Below the pieces are notes generated by a model that had not been told where the DNA came from, did not search any database, and saw only the letters and a program-made list of their open reading frames with translations. Source: the human T2T-CHM13v2.0 reference genome, Homo sapiens. From it: DNA of 64,000 nucleotides. The stretch is from NCBI RefSeq assembly GCF_009914755.1, contig NC_060935.1. One strand, written 5' to 3'. Shown in pieces: positions 13,831-29,362 of the stretch (within the stretch, counting starts at the first letter, position 1; the number at the start of each line of letters is the position of its first letter). The position numbers and the translations under genes were made by a program.

Positions 13831-14841
13831 AGAGCCAGATTCACCAGTATAGAATTTGTGTAGTCACATACAAGCTCATGCTCAGAAGAGCCAATGGCTT
13901 GGTTTAATGCTCTCTCATTGCTATCTTGATAATCCTAATTTTATCTTTGAAATTGTGTTTTGTAAGTGACATGCGGTGGTGCAATGGAACACGTGCATGG
14001 GGAGAGGAGATAGTGCAGTATGAGTGTCCACCCTTCCTTGCTGCCCCATTCATGTGTAGCACAGAATTCCAGCAGACCTGCAATACGTGAGAGTTCAGTG
14101 AGACTAAAAATGAGTTAAAGATAAGTATGTTACACAATGACTGGGTAAACTAGCGTACTGATGGGCCTTAGAGGCAACACCTTATGTTCTAACCAGAACT
14201 CACTTTGAATGTAGAAAAAGGGTAATGACATAGAAAGAAATATGAATAACTGAGGAGCCTTGTCTTATTTTTCTTGCTCATGTTACTTCCCTGTACCAGC
14301 TAGCCACTTATGCAGAAAATGATGGCCTTGAAGCAAAGTGGAGATAGGTTAACCCATAGTTCCTTTTCCTTTCAATCTTTCCTTATCAATCAGTAAGGCT
14401 GAAAGTAGAGAGTGTGGATAGAATGTGTGCCTATCAAGAAAGGAAATAAAAGCACTGAAGTTAGCTTTGTGCAACATTGCCACTAATCTGATGAGAATGA
14501 AATGCATACGCATGTATGAGCTATGAAATAGAAATTATAACTCTTATTTTTGCACGTGTTAAATGCTTTTATATTTGAAGTTAAAATGTGTACTATGCAA
14601 TATAAAGATTATGTTAAAATCCATGTTTATAATTTAAAATTGTATTTTATTTTTACTCAGAACAACAATAAATAACAACAACAGCAACAAACCCACCATG
14701 ACAGGCTGAGAGAGGCAGAGAAAGAGAGGGAAAACCTTCATAATTCAATACCTTCAACAATGCTTTTGTTTTACTTTTTTAAACAATGGGTTAAATATTT
14801 TCATCTTGCACTGGGCTCTACAAATTATGTATCTGGCCCTA
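13831..14841 (+). mobile_element. MER45B-like (hAT-Tip100), near full length
   Basis: 5' gtagtcacatacaagctcatgctcagaagagcc...cttggtttaatgctct; 3' gcactgggctctacaaattatgtatctggccct; ~1 kb. Confidence 0.75.
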
Positions 14842-15199
14842 GCTGTAAGAATGTATAAGAATGATTTAACTTAGCCTGGGAAGTTAGAACGTCTTGCCAA
14901 GTGATAATTAAACTGGGATAAAAAGATGAGCAGGAGTAGAGGCAGATGAGAAAGCAGTAGGGGATCAAGATGGGGGTTGGGAGGGAGAGATGCTCCAGGC
15001 AGAGGGTCAGATACCAAGGTCCTAAAGGAAGAAGGAGCTAGGAATGTTTGTGGAACAGAAAGACAGTCAGTATGGCTGGAAGTTAGTAAGCAGATACTGA
15101 TTACACAGGGTAGAGCTTCAACTTACGTCATTCTGCATCTCTTGGAAAGGGAAAAATGATGGTGCTAAAATGAGTGAAACTGGAATACTCAGAATTAAT

Positions 15200-15400
15200 T
15201 ATTACAAAAACCACCCTGTATCAATTTATGATTTTGTACCTGGCACTAAGTGACTTGCTGACATTACCTTTTTGGTCCTCCCAACAATAAGGCAAAGTGA
15301 GATTTACTGGCTTCCTTATTCAGACAAGAAAATAGGGAATTAAGAAATTCACTCAAGGTTACATAGCCAGTGAATAACAGTCATAAATGGACCACTTTTT
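15200..15400 (-). mobile_element. MIR
   Basis: aattaagaaattcactcaaggttacatagccagtgaataacag. Confidence 0.6.
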
Positions 15401-15404
15401 CTGA

Positions 15405-15530
15405 ACAGGAACTAGACTGTAAACCCCAATAGGGAAGGAATCTGCTTAATGTGCTACTATATTCTTAGCCCATAGTATATACAATAAGCTCTCAGTATTT
15501 GTTGAATGAATGAATAAATGAATGACTTGA
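15405..15530 (+). mobile_element. L2 3' end
   Basis: actagactgtaaacccc...tatttgttgaatgaatgaataaatgaatg. Confidence 0.7.
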
Positions 15531-15659
15531 TGAGTTTTCTTTGGAAGATTCACTATGCCTTCATGACTTTGAATGGATTATGGAATGTTCAAATGAGGTT
15601 TGTGTATACTTTGAGAACCAGTGAATGTCCCTTTTCAAATGAACAATAAAAAGTGAAAA

Positions 15660-15830
15660 AGGAAAGCAGCATGGTTTAGTTAAAAGAGAATAGATAGGAA
15701 GGCAAGAGATAGACTTTGTTTCATTAGCTATATGACCTTGGTCCAGTCACTTCCCTTCAGTACTCAGTTTTTTGAATAAAATAGAACAGGTGATGTGTGT
15801 TCTTTCCAGTTTTCCCGTAGTATGGTTTGA
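15660..15830 (+). mobile_element. MIR
   Basis: gcagcatggtttagttaaaagag...tatgaccttggtccagtcacttccctt. Confidence 0.65.
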
Positions 15831-15905
15831 TTATTCTGGGGACTGTTTGGCAATAAACGACCTCAATACCTAAAACTTCTCTTTTATATCACAGAGGAAA
15901 CATAA

Positions 15906-16251
<346 letters not shown>

Positions 16252-16759
16252 AAAACATGTAATTTCAAAGCACCAAATTCCTCAAATAAGCTCACTCATT
16301 CATCCATTTATTTATTCATTCTTTCTTTTAACAAGCCTTTCTGAGAAGTACACTCTGTGCCTGGAAGAAGCCTCCTCCTAAAATGATGAAATGATCTCCA
16401 TTTCAGGAAATAGCAAGACTCTGAGGGAGTGAAGTATGGGTTAGGGTTTATCTGCTACGCAAAAATGGTAAAAGCCAAATCTAATTCCACTTTGAATCAC
16501 GAGTCTGGTATCACGCAGAGCCAATGTTGTTGTAATGTGTAGTAATAATGCCAGCACCTTTCAGAATAAATTCTGATGTCTGAATCATTTGATTACTTTC
16601 CTCACTTTGACTTTCCCTTGGTGAAAGAGCAAAGGCAGACAGCTGTAAAACTTCCTACACAAAACAAAGTCTGTGTCTTCCACTAGTAAAAACCAGTCCT
16701 TGTTGACACAGAAGCAAATATGTGATCAAGAAAGGTGGGACAAGAATATTGACAGGCTC

Positions 16760-17760
16760 CAAACAGGCAACCTACAGAGTGGAAGAAAATTTTTGCAATC
16801 TATCTATTTATAGAAAGACAAAGGTCTAATATCCAGAATCTACATGGAACTTAAAAAAATTACAAGAAAAAACAAACAACCCCATTAAAAAGTGGCAAAG
16901 GAAAAGAACAGACACTTCTCAAAAGAAGACATTTATGCACCCAACAAACATATGAAAAAAAGCTCATCATCTCTGATCATTAGATAAATGCAAATCAAAA
17001 CGACAATGAGATACCATCTAATGTCAGTCAGAATGACAATTATTAAAAAGTCAAGAAACAATAGATGCTGGCGAGGCTGTGGAGAAAAAGCAACACTTTT
17101 ACATTGTTGGTGGGAATGTAAATTAGTTCAACCATTGTGGAGGACACCGTGGTGATTCCTCAAAGACCTAGAACCGGAAATACCATTTTAGCCAGCAATC
17201 CCATTACTGGGTATATACTCAAAGGAGTATAAATCATTCTATTACAAAGATGCATGCACATGTATGTTCACTGCAGCACTATTCACAATAGCGAAGGCAC
17301 GGAATGAACCCAAATGCCCATCAATGATAGACTGGATAAAGAAAATGGGGTACACATACACCATTGAATACTATGCAGCCATAAAAAGGAGTGAGATCAT
17401 GTCCTTTGCAGGGACACGGATGGAGCTGGAAGCCATTATGGAAGCCATTATCTTCATCAAACTAATGCAGGAACAGAAAACCAAACACCACATGTTCTCA
17501 CTTAGTAAGTGGGAGCTAAACAATGAGAACACATGAACACAGGTAGGAGAACAACACACATTTGGGCCTGGTGGTCGGGGGATAGGGGGAGGGAGAGCAT
17601 CAGGATAAATAGCTAATGTACTCTGGGCTTAATAACTAGGTGATGGGTTGATAGGTGCAGCCAACCAACATGGCACACATTTACCTATGTAACAAACCTG
17701 CACATCCTGCACTTGTACCCTGGAACTTAAAATAAAAAGAAAAGAAAGAAAGAAAGAAAA
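16760..17760 (+). mobile_element. L1PA10-12-like 3' 1 kb
   Basis: ORF2 C-terminus ([11 protein letters not shown]...PKCPSMIDWIKK), 3'UTR gggagagcatcaggataaatagctaatg, (GAAA)n tail; 12-bp duplication ggaagccattat at 17428-17451. Confidence 0.9.
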
Positions 17761-17769
17761 ATGACAGAA

Positions 17770-18330
17770 CTCAGAAAACTGTAAGAAAATGTCAAAAGGC
17801 CTAAAATATGTGTCACTGAAGTTCCAGAATTAGAAAAAGGGATTGGTGCAGAAAAAATATTTGAGAAATATTTCTCAAAATACTGAGAAAATAAAGGCTG
17901 GAAATTCTCCCAATTTGGTGAAAGATATACTCAACAAAAACTATGCTTAGACAATCATAATCAAATTGTTGAAATCTAAATATAAAAAATTATTTAAGGC
18001 AGCTAGAGAAAAATGGCACATCCCAGGGAGACAATAATTTGAATTATTACAGAAGTCACATTGGAAACTGTGAATACCAGAAGATAGTGGAACAACATAT
18101 TTAATTAATATACTGAAAGAGAAGAACTGTCAATCTAGAATTTTATATTGAGCAAAAATATCCTTCAGGAATAAAAGTAAAATCAAGATACTCTCAGATG
18201 AAAGAAAACTAAGAAAAGATCACCAGAAGACCCGCTGTACAAGAAATGTGAAATGAAGTTCTTTGTGCTGAATAAAAATGACACTTGAGGGAAACTTTGC
18301 TTTTCACCAATAGAGGGGAATAAATGGTTA
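17770..18330 (+). mobile_element. Old L1M ORF1 fragment
   Basis: gaagttccagaa...aaattctcccaatttggtgaaag...actgtcaatctagaattttatat. Confidence 0.75.
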
Positions 18331-18749
18331 AAAAAATTGATAGGCTCCACCAAAAGGCTGTACCTAATAGAAGGCACAAGGGGCAGGTGCCATGAAGGCC
18401 AGATGGGCACTATGGTCCTATATCAATGTTGGATTTTCCCAGTAGAGCAGCAATTGTTCCTTACAGGAAGTGAGCATCTCAAAAGGTTGAAGAATGAAGC
18501 ACCAGGTCCAGATATTTGGTGAACTTCTGATGAATCTACTCTTTGGGGAGGATAGATAAGTGAAGGAGGTGAATTTTACTTATTAACTACTTATGAAGAG
18601 CAGAAAACCTTCAAAAGGTGTAAACAGATAGGCAGTAAACATTAGCCAACACCTGGGGCATTCTAGCAAATATTATGAATAGATGTATTATTAAATGAAA
18701 GGAATGAATAATTACAGTTTGAAAGCAATCACAGTATGCAAAGGCAAAT

Positions 18750-19175
18750 AGTTGGTGGTGACCGTTAGAAAGCTTCACAGATCTCAGACTTCAGAGAGCT
18801 TAATTGACCAAGGGACCCAGCTGCTGTGCTCTGAAATCGATCACCACAATTGTACTGAGGCCATGTTTTCCCTCAAGGTTCTTCCAGCCAGTGTTTGAGC
18901 ATAGCAGGCCTGCCTCTGGAAGACAACAGACCCCTCTGACAGCCAACTTTGTCTCAAGAACTCCCTGACAGCCTTGCTGAATCTTTAGTCTTTATGGCAA
19001 ACCAGGACTTTTCCACCCAACTTCCCTCACGTCTCTCCATCATCCAAGGCCAGACTTACATCCTTGTCTTATCATTCTTCCCGTCTTGCTCTGAACTCTA
19101 TCTCCATTTGTTCTAAAGTCCTTTATTTAAAAAAAATTGAATCTTGGTTTTTCTTCTTGGGGGACTAACACAAAG
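18750..19175 (+). mobile_element. LTR16-family (ERVL) LTR
   Basis: ggacccagctgctgtgctctgaaatc...tgtactgaggccatg...ttcttgggggactaacac. Confidence 0.65.
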
Positions 19176-19879
19176 ACACATCTGGCAGAGAAACTGAGTG
19201 TAACACTCTTTAGTGTCAATCTGGTGAATGAGTTCCTAAAGAATGCACTAATTCAATGCTTACTAAATTGAAAGTAACATAAACAACCTGAATGGAGTGA
19301 GTACTAACTTTATAGATATAGAAACTATGGCTTGCCAGCTCATGAGTGTTGGAGCCAGAATTTTGAGCCAGGCTGTTATTTTACTTTTTTGTTCAAATGT
19401 TAAAGTCAATGCTTTTAACTATGACATACTACATCCTTGGCCAACAGTGTCCCTGGTATCTTTTATATGATAAGAACTATTAACATGTTTGTAGAATAAA
19501 AACATTTAACTCACCACCATTAACACTACCATGGCTATCATCATTGTCACCCTCATGGTCATCATCAAGTTAATCAAGCATTTAAATATGCATTTGCCAT
19601 TTAGTTCTCATAAGTATCCAGTGAATTAGGTAAACCTTGAAATGGAGCTCATAGCTATCTTCTCAATCTAAGTCCAGCATTTTTTTTCACTTCATACCAT
19701 CTCCTTCTCTCTGATACATCTTTGCCCAAGATGAACCAAAGGTGTTGGGGATTTAATACTTTCTTGATATACCAGTGTTTAACTATGAATAAGACAGTTG
19801 AAATCTTAGTTTAATAGCTGAATTCAATAGGACAGATCTGATGTTCTTATTCTAGAAATAGCTTTCTCTCCAGGAGCAC

Positions 19880-20130
19880 AAGTATTAGACAATTTGGGTG
19901 GTATTATAGGGAACGTTTTGCCTTTGGGTCAAAGTCACTGGGCTCTGGACCAAGTCAGTAATGATCAAATGCCAGTCTGTCTGACAGCTGTCTGGTGGCC
20001 TTTGTAATAGGGCCTCCAGCCAGTCGCTTGTGGGCAACCTTCCATGCTGCATTCAGTGCCTGCTGCCATTTGTAATGACAGGCACAGCAGAATGGTTGGC
20101 AGTTCAAATAGGCATGGAGACCCTTGGTAT
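19880..20130 (+). mobile_element. LF-SINE (LFSINE_Vert)-like ancient SINE
   Basis: Colinear matches to the recalled consensus: gtcactgggctc; ccaagtcagtaatgatc; tctgacagctgtctggtggcctttgt; ccagtcgcttgtgggca; cagcagaatgg; aataggcatggagac. Confidence 0.65.
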
Positions 20131-21429
20131 CCATCATTCAAGACCAGCACTTAAACCCTAATTTGGTAACAGTCCTACAACTAGTAGTAATTTCTTTCCA
20201 AATGAAAGGCCTTTCTCTGGCTGATCTGCCCCACTCATCGACCCACAACTTTTTCTTTTCCAGTAGTGAGATTAAAATTTCCCTTTGAATTAAACACAAG
20301 GTCAGATAAAATAAGTCACTGTGAGCAGTCATTATATTTTCTGTCACTGGACCAATTAAGATTTCCAGCTGTCAGTTTCTGATGTTGCAGCTCCATAAAA
20401 ACCGACACTGAGATGCATTGATCTGTGTCAAAGCTGCTTCAGAGGGAAAATTGGACCAAAAATAATGATAATTGTCATAGGATGTCACACCATTAAATGA
20501 AAACATAAAAAGCAAAATGCTGTGGAGGAACTGCAAAGTCATCCTCCTTGCGGAGTTGAAACCGTGTTACCCCAAAGCAAGCCCACTGTTTCAGTGATTG
20601 TCCTAGTTCTGCAGGAAATATGCTCCTTAGTCTCTAGCTAGGTAAATTCTGCCCAGTTAATGCTAATTCACTTTCAATTGGATATTCAAACTAAAAATAT
20701 ATAAAGAGTTTAGTTCCTGAAGATCTAGTTGAAGAAAAATACATTTCCTAGAAGAGAAATAGGAATAAGTAATAAAATTTATAAGTCCTCACCGTAATAA
20801 CCATCACAAGAAATGAAGTGTTCCAGTAACACGGAGGAAAGGGGGTGCTTCTTGTCCCCTACGTAATTGAAGAGACAAGAGGTAGAACTTAGTGATCAAA
20901 GGTACATTGGTGAGAGGTGACAGGACAAAATACTGGGAGATGAATCTACCACAGCTGCATTATTTGAATATTTCTTAAAAAGTGGAGTTTTTTTATTTTA
21001 CATTTTTTTTCTGATCCTGGAAGAAAAATGTAAAATTTTAAAATAAGTTTAAATTAAACTCCAAAAACCACTTATTAGCTGAACACATTGTCATGTTCAA
21101 CGTTGATTTCTTATTAGAAGTTACAACACATCTTTGCATGGGATAACTGTCCTCCTTTGCTAGTAATTTCAACTTGGTCTATAAAAGAAGGTGAATAACA
21201 GAGTTTTGCTAGAATCCCAAGTTCTACGAAAACTGTATCAGTCATTCTTTTCTCTTACTTTAAAGGTACTTAAGCCCGTTATACTCATTTTACAAAAAAA
21301 AAAAAGCAAATTATTTAATGTTTGCATGACTGAAACTTAAAATTCTTTTTGGCCATCAGCCTTGTTGGGCATTGAGGGACAGTTCTTAATATAATAGATT
21401 TTACACTTTGGAAAGTGATGAGATATAAA

Positions 21430-22637
<1,208 letters not shown>

Positions 22638-23129
22638 GGATAAAATTGACTAGCAAGGTGATGTCAGACTATGGTGGGCTTCACAAAGCAGGAAGGTAAA
22701 TACATCATACAGAGTCATAGAAATCACCTTATTTAAGCTTTGTGTAGATCCATAATACTTAAATGGCCTTCATAAAAGTTGGGACATCTGCTCTGAGAAA
22801 CCTGGAAATGCATTTCACTACCTCTTTCAAGACTGGTACTTTAGTGAAGCGTGAACTAACAAGGATCTTTTGATGAAAGCAGAGCTATAAATGAAACTCC
22901 AAATTGAAGAGGAGTTATATTTTCATGTATTTTTTCTCTATATTGAAGAGCCTTAAAAACTTTCAGCTTACCACAATTTTCCTCTTCTCTAAAAAGAAAA
23001 CAAAATGATTAAAGATAACCCACCTCTATTTTTAGGGCCTCATGAAATAAGAATTGTTTTGCAGTTATTTCTTACAGATGCCTTTACAGTTATTTTCAAA
23101 GAAATAGTAAAAAAGTTTTTAAAATATAT

Positions 23130-23535
23130 TTTAATAAACAAATATGTATGCGCAGGGATTTCTTGCATAATTTGCAATACTAATAAAGTGGAAACAACAT
23201 CAAGAAAAGACCAGCTAAATATCTTACAGTGTGTTCACCTAAGCAATACTATGCCATCATGAGAAAGAATGAAGCAGCTCCACGTGTAACAATATGGAAT
23301 GATGTCAAGTGAATAAATGCAGCCAAATGTACATGGTTTGAATGCATTAAAAATTATATGTATATTTGACTAGGCACAAAATATTTTTTGGATAATTCAC
23401 TCCAAACTTTTAACACTGAAAGCCTCTGAGGAAAAGTGAGGTTGGGTTTGGGACTTCGACGTTTTAATTTAGTCTTTTATATAGTATGTGTCTGTTTTTG
23501 TTTTTCTAATGAGTAAGCATTAATCTAATAATAAC
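23130..23535 (+). mobile_element. L1ME 3' fragment
   Basis: gcaatactatgccatcatgagaaagaatgaagcagctc...aacaatatggaatgatgtc. Confidence 0.55.
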
Positions 23536-24614
23536 AAATGTCAAAAAGCAATCTTAGAAAACAGATGTTCCAGTTAGATATTTGGTCTCTGCTTCCTCTT
23601 GCAGGTGGTGGTAGAGAGAAGTACAGAATTCATTCTCCAAATGCTACCGAGGTGTACAAAACCTCCAGCTCATTTCAAGGTCATTTTAACTTTACTTTCA
23701 GAAGAGAAATGAAGTCTCATCTTTGTGGGGAAAAAAAAAAGAACCCTTATGGTGGGTAGGTTTGTGGGGGATGTTAAATCATATCAGGATTTAAGACCCC
23801 AAGAGATCTAGTAAAATCCAATCATTTCCCCCCTTTTTCATTATGCTGAAACATCTGGACTAGAGGTTGCTTTATGAAGTTAATTGCAGATAAGTTAAAA
23901 ATCTATAAAAGGATCAGCCTCTACATGAGGTTAGCCAGCAGGGGGATATGCACACTCTTGCCAGGACACACTGAGATGAATAGAAAGGGATGAGGTATTT
24001 TTGATGACTGGAGGAAATTTTGTTTGCGTCCTTGCTGTTAGCCTTACAAAGGTTCAACACAATGCAGTATAAGTCTTTCTACCTGCCTCTTATGATCTCA
24101 GCTCTATCTGGAAATTCTGCTGGTGTTAATCCAGGACTTTGTAGACTTGCTACACATTGCCAGTTCCACAAGCACAGACTACCCATTGGGTAAGAAGTTA
24201 AGAATGGAAGAGAAATGGGAGTCGAAGTGAATAGAGCCATAAACGGAGGAGCAAATGAAAATAGTGGAAAGGAAAATGAAACAAGCATGAAATAACCAGA
24301 TCAGATATAGTGACACTAATTGTCTTGTCTCATGACATAAAACACTGGAACAACTAAATTATTGTCTAAACTCTTTCTCATGTCAGAAAAAATTAAAACA
24401 AATCTAATTCACTGATATTTAGCTGTCTTAGGCCATAGATGTAATTCCATTCCACCCACTTGTCTCATTTAAATGGTAGGAAATGCTGCTAAATTCTGCT
24501 CATACTTCCACTTGTTTATTCACTTGTTCGTCTAGCATGCACTGAACACCAACTCTATGCTAAGTACTGTATACTGTGTTTAATGCTGGTGATAACAAGA
24601 ATAAGTCAGTTGCA

Positions 24615-24912
24615 TTTTTTTTTTTTTTTTTGAGACAGAGTCTCGCTCTGTCACCCAGACTGGAGTGCAGTGGCGCGATCTTGGCTCACTGCAACCTCCT
24701 CCTCCTGGGTTCAAGTGATTCTCCTGACTCAGGCTCCTGAGTAGCTGGGACCACAGTTGCATGCCACTATGCCCGGCTAATTTTTTATATTTTTAGTAGA
24801 GACGGGGTTTCACCATGTTAGCCAGGATTGTCTCGATCTCCTGAACTCATGATTTGCCCACCTTGGCCTTCCAAAATGCTGGGATTACAGGTGTGAGCCA
24901 CCGCGCCTGGCC
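24615..24912 (-). mobile_element. AluSc-like
   Basis: Full Alu; ttagccaggattgtctcgatctcctga. Confidence 0.95.
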
Positions 24913-24959
24913 AGCCACAGTTACTTCTATGGCCTCCTACCCTACAACTCTCATATTCC

Positions 24960-25385
24960 TCACTTTGATCCAGCCACTTTTTTTTTTTAATCCCATCTGT
25001 GCTTGCACCTTTAGGGTTTTGTGTGGTCTGTTTGCTCCACTTGGGATGCCCTGTCCCTAGACATGCATAGCTATCTCCCTCAGTCTCATTAAATCTTTGC
25101 TCAAATATCATCTTATCAAGAACGCCTACTCTGACCAGTTCACTTAGCTCTGCAGCTACCGATCTTCTGGTGCTTCATTCCTTAGCATTTATCAGCCTCT
25201 GAGATACTATATACTTTATTTATTTATTAAGTGTATATTTGATCATCTATCTCTGTACTCTAGAAGGAAAGCTTTTTAAAAGCAGGGATGTTGTTGATTT
25301 TGTTCATGAATGTATCCTGAATACTTAGAATAGTTCCAGGTATAGAGAAGTTTGTCCAAGAAATATTTGTTGAATGAATGAATAA
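24960..25385 (+). mobile_element. L2a 3' end
   Basis: ctttgctcaaatatcatc...gattttgttcatgaatgtatcc...aaatatttgttgaatgaatgaat. Confidence 0.75.
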
Positions 25386-25821
25386 GTGAACAAGACACAT
25401 ATAAGGAATGTTTTAAATTTCCTGCTCTTCTTAGTTTCTGAAAGACCTTCTTTCCGTTTCCGACCTGTACTGACTCAAATCTCACTCCATTTCTAGCAGC
25501 AGATTCTCTTTTTTCTGGTCAAGTTTTTTCCTTCTTTCTGACATCTGACTTGTGCTTTCTGTCTACCAGGTGAATTGGTTTCTGTACTGGAATGCTTATA
25601 TAACTTACTAAAATTTTGCATTTAGAATCACCTTCTGAGATATTTAAGTAAAAACATGGCAGTATGTATCACAAAGTGGATATACAGAAGAGACAGGAAA
25701 AACATGAGTAAGTCTAGTATTCATAATAATATAGAGGGTTGGCAAGGGGCAGAGAATGGTCCAAAATAATCTGGGATGGAGAAAAATAAAAGAAACTTCA
25801 CCTTTAAAAAAATTAAGTTGA

Positions 25822-26123
<302 letters not shown>

Positions 26124-26146
26124 GCTGAATCACAAATTCTCAGGTA

Positions 26147-26490
<344 letters not shown>

Positions 26491-26889
26491 GAAAAATTCT
26501 CAGGGAGAATGACTTGTCTTAAACCTATAAAGTCTCTATGCTTCTTTCAAAAATTATTAGATTAAAAGAAAATTTAACAAATATATTATGAGGAGTCGAA
26601 AATCACTGAAATGTTTTATAAGGCATTCTGAATCAGAAAGGCTTTATTCTCAAGAATTGCTTCCTTCTAAAAAATAAAATTCAAGTTAATATCTGTATAA
26701 CAGAATCCTATGAATACCAGCCCTGTCTGTACCCAGGAATAAAATAAATTCTTTAAATTTTTTTTTTGTTTGTTTCTGAACTACTGTTATATTCCTACTC
26801 AAAGGATGTTAATTGTCAGCCTTGGATTAGACAATCTTGATTCCCTAAGCGGCTACACAGGACTTTTTTTTGATTATAAAAGAATTGCA

Positions 26890-27050
26890 GTATTGAAGAG
26901 TTGGCTTAGAATTCCAAAAGGATTTTATAACTTTGCTAAAGACTTGTTACATGGCTTTGGCAAATATATTATCCTTAGTCTCAGTTTTCCCATCTGTAAA
27001 ATGAGTTCATTTGGAAAAGCTGATCTCTAAGCTCTATCTCTGACATAATA
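26890..27050 (+). mobile_element. MIR3/MIR
   Basis: gtctcagttttcccatctgtaaaatgag. Confidence 0.65.
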
Positions 27051-27749
27051 TTATTTTAGAAAATAACTTACGAGTGATGGTAAGATTTCCCATCTAGCTG
27101 GAAGTCAAGTACTTTATAGAAACTAGCTGCTGTTTATGTAAGTGTTTCCTGGCATTTATAAAATGCATTTATATCTCTCGCTTGTAGAATTGAGAAACAT
27201 ATCTCTTGCTACTGTAGTTCTAGCAACATGAGCAGAAAACTCCCTTCCCTTAACTAGCAAGTTGCTTGAATAAAGTCATACATGGAGTAAATGATATGAA
27301 CAGCATTCCTCACTCTTAGCTCAGTCATTTATAATTAGTATAAACAGAAACTATTTTCCAGTGGTCTTGGTACAGTCAGCAGATATCAAGGAGCAAACAT
27401 GAAAAAATAATCATTTGAGAACTTAAGAAAATATAGTTGAAATGAAATCCAATTTAAGAGCTCTGTTCCCATATACTTAAAAGGGCTTGAAGTCAGGAGT
27501 GGATGTTTTGTGAGTAGGCTACTCATATTTAGTAAATACATTTCTAAAAAGTAGAAAGAATTGCCTACACTTATTAATGAAAGTCTTAAATAATTGTTGG
27601 AAAATTGGGTGGTTTTATTTCATAAAATTAAAGATTATGTTGTTCTTCAAAATTTAACTTTTCCAAATCCTGTAATGGTATTAAGAAAGTAGATATAGTG
27701 ATAACAATAACAAAATAGCACTACTAATATTTATTAAGTTTCAGGCATT

Positions 27750-27974
27750 GTGCAACTTCCGCCTCCTGGGTTCAAGCAAATCTCCTGCCTCAGCCTCCCA
27801 AGTAGCTGGGATTACAGGCATCTGCCACCATGCCCAGCTAATTTTTATATTTTTAGTAGAGATGAGGTTTCACCATGTTGGCCAGGCTAGTCTCGAATTC
27901 CTGACCTCAAGTGATCCACGCGCCTCATACTCCCAAAATGCTAGGATTACAGGCTTGAGCCACTGCGCCTGGCC
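27750..27974 (-). mobile_element. AluSx/Sz lacking its 3' ~70 bp and tail
   Basis: Starts abruptly at tgcaacttccgcctcc, fused to a MIR-like end (aatatttattaagtttcaggcattgtgc). Confidence 0.9.
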
Positions 27975-28888
27975 CTGATGAACTGTTAAACTCCTTTCAC
28001 TTATTTACTCTTTGCATCCATCTTAAGAGGTATGTAAACTTAGTTTCATTCACATTTGACTTAGTTTAACATTGACTTCTTTTAGACTAAGAACTCCTAG
28101 ACTAGTGTTCATTGACCTAAGGATTCATCATGGATCTCCAAAATCTTTTGAATCAGGTGCAATAATAATAAAAAAAAAAACAAAACAAAACATGTAAGGG
28201 TATGTGGATTTCTAAAGGTGAGAATATATGATACTCTTCAGAGCCTCAAAATGCTCTATGACTTTTCATCTTTAAAGAGTTTTAAGAATCTCTTTGAAAT
28301 ACATATTTAGAAAAAGTAATCTGATCCAAATTTTAAAGATAAGAAAAAGTTTATAGAAGAAATGGGATGCACCATAGGAGATTTTAGCCAGCATTTATTG
28401 CATTTTTGCAAGAACACTAAAATTGATTCTTTGATTAGTGATGTGCATAGATTTTTGAAGGGTATCCCAACTTTCTCCTTTTGCTCTTTTTCTCCAGTGT
28501 TAAATATAATACATGAAATATGACCTAAGCTATTAATCTAAACATTATTCTCATTAGTTTCAAAGCGCAGTTATTATTCCAAAGTATTTTAACAAATGGC
28601 ACCCTGCTTCATCTTGGCTTTGCCTTCACATTCAAGACCAAACAAAGCTTGCTACCACCTCCTTCTCTTCGATGCTGAGCCAAAAAGCAGAGCTTGGTAT
28701 CTCCAATTCCAGCTGTGCTTTTATTGGGCTTTACATCAATCAAAGCTTCAAAAACATTCCAGAAAGATTTTTCTCAGTTTTCACATCAGAGGAGTTAGCT
28801 TAAAATCACTGTGCAGTAGGGGGGCACTGATAAGGAATCTCAGAAGGAAGAAAAGTGCACGTATGGGGGGGGTTGCTCTAGGAGAAAG

Positions 28889-29002
28889 TTGGTGAAGGAT
28901 TATTAATGTCCTAGAAGAAAGTTTTCTGATGGAAAAGCAGTATAGAAGATTGGTGAAGGATTATTAATGTCCTAGAAGAAAGTTTTCTGATGGAAAAGCA
29001 GT
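28889..29002. repeat. Tandem duplication, period 61 bp
   Basis: 53-bp ttggtgaagg...ggaaaagcagt is identical at 28889-28941 and 28950-29002. Confidence 0.95.
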
Positions 29003-29362
29003 GTAGTTTGAAGCACAGTGAAAGAGTTATTGACAAAAACCTACAATCTTTCAAGCAACACTAGATGCTACAATAGGCACAGTGAGTAAAGGAACGGCAA
29101 GATTTACATGGTCAGACGAACCCATTTGAACTTCTCTTACATAGATACAATTGTCTTCCTAAAGGAATAGAAAGCTTTGCAGTTTTCTGGAACTGGCAAA
29201 AGAGACTTTGACTGTGGCTGGCTGGTCAGCACAGAAATTTCTTTATACCTTTCTTCTACATATATATATTTTTAATTGAAGTCCCAATTACTGACAACCT
29301 TGCCTTCTATTACCACAAATCAATCTAACTAATATGTGATGTTACGTCAAATAAAGAGCAAT

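Noticed and set aside
20510-20690. Possible AmnSINE1/Deu-core remnant (tgctgtggagg...tttcaattggata)
   Set aside because: The matches are too short and scattered to call by eye and need an HMM search.
28810-28830. CTCF-like gcagtaggggggcac
   Set aside because: Six Gs break the core spacing. The similar ccagcagggggata (~23935) and ccagcagtgtggcac (~33327) also fail the core.
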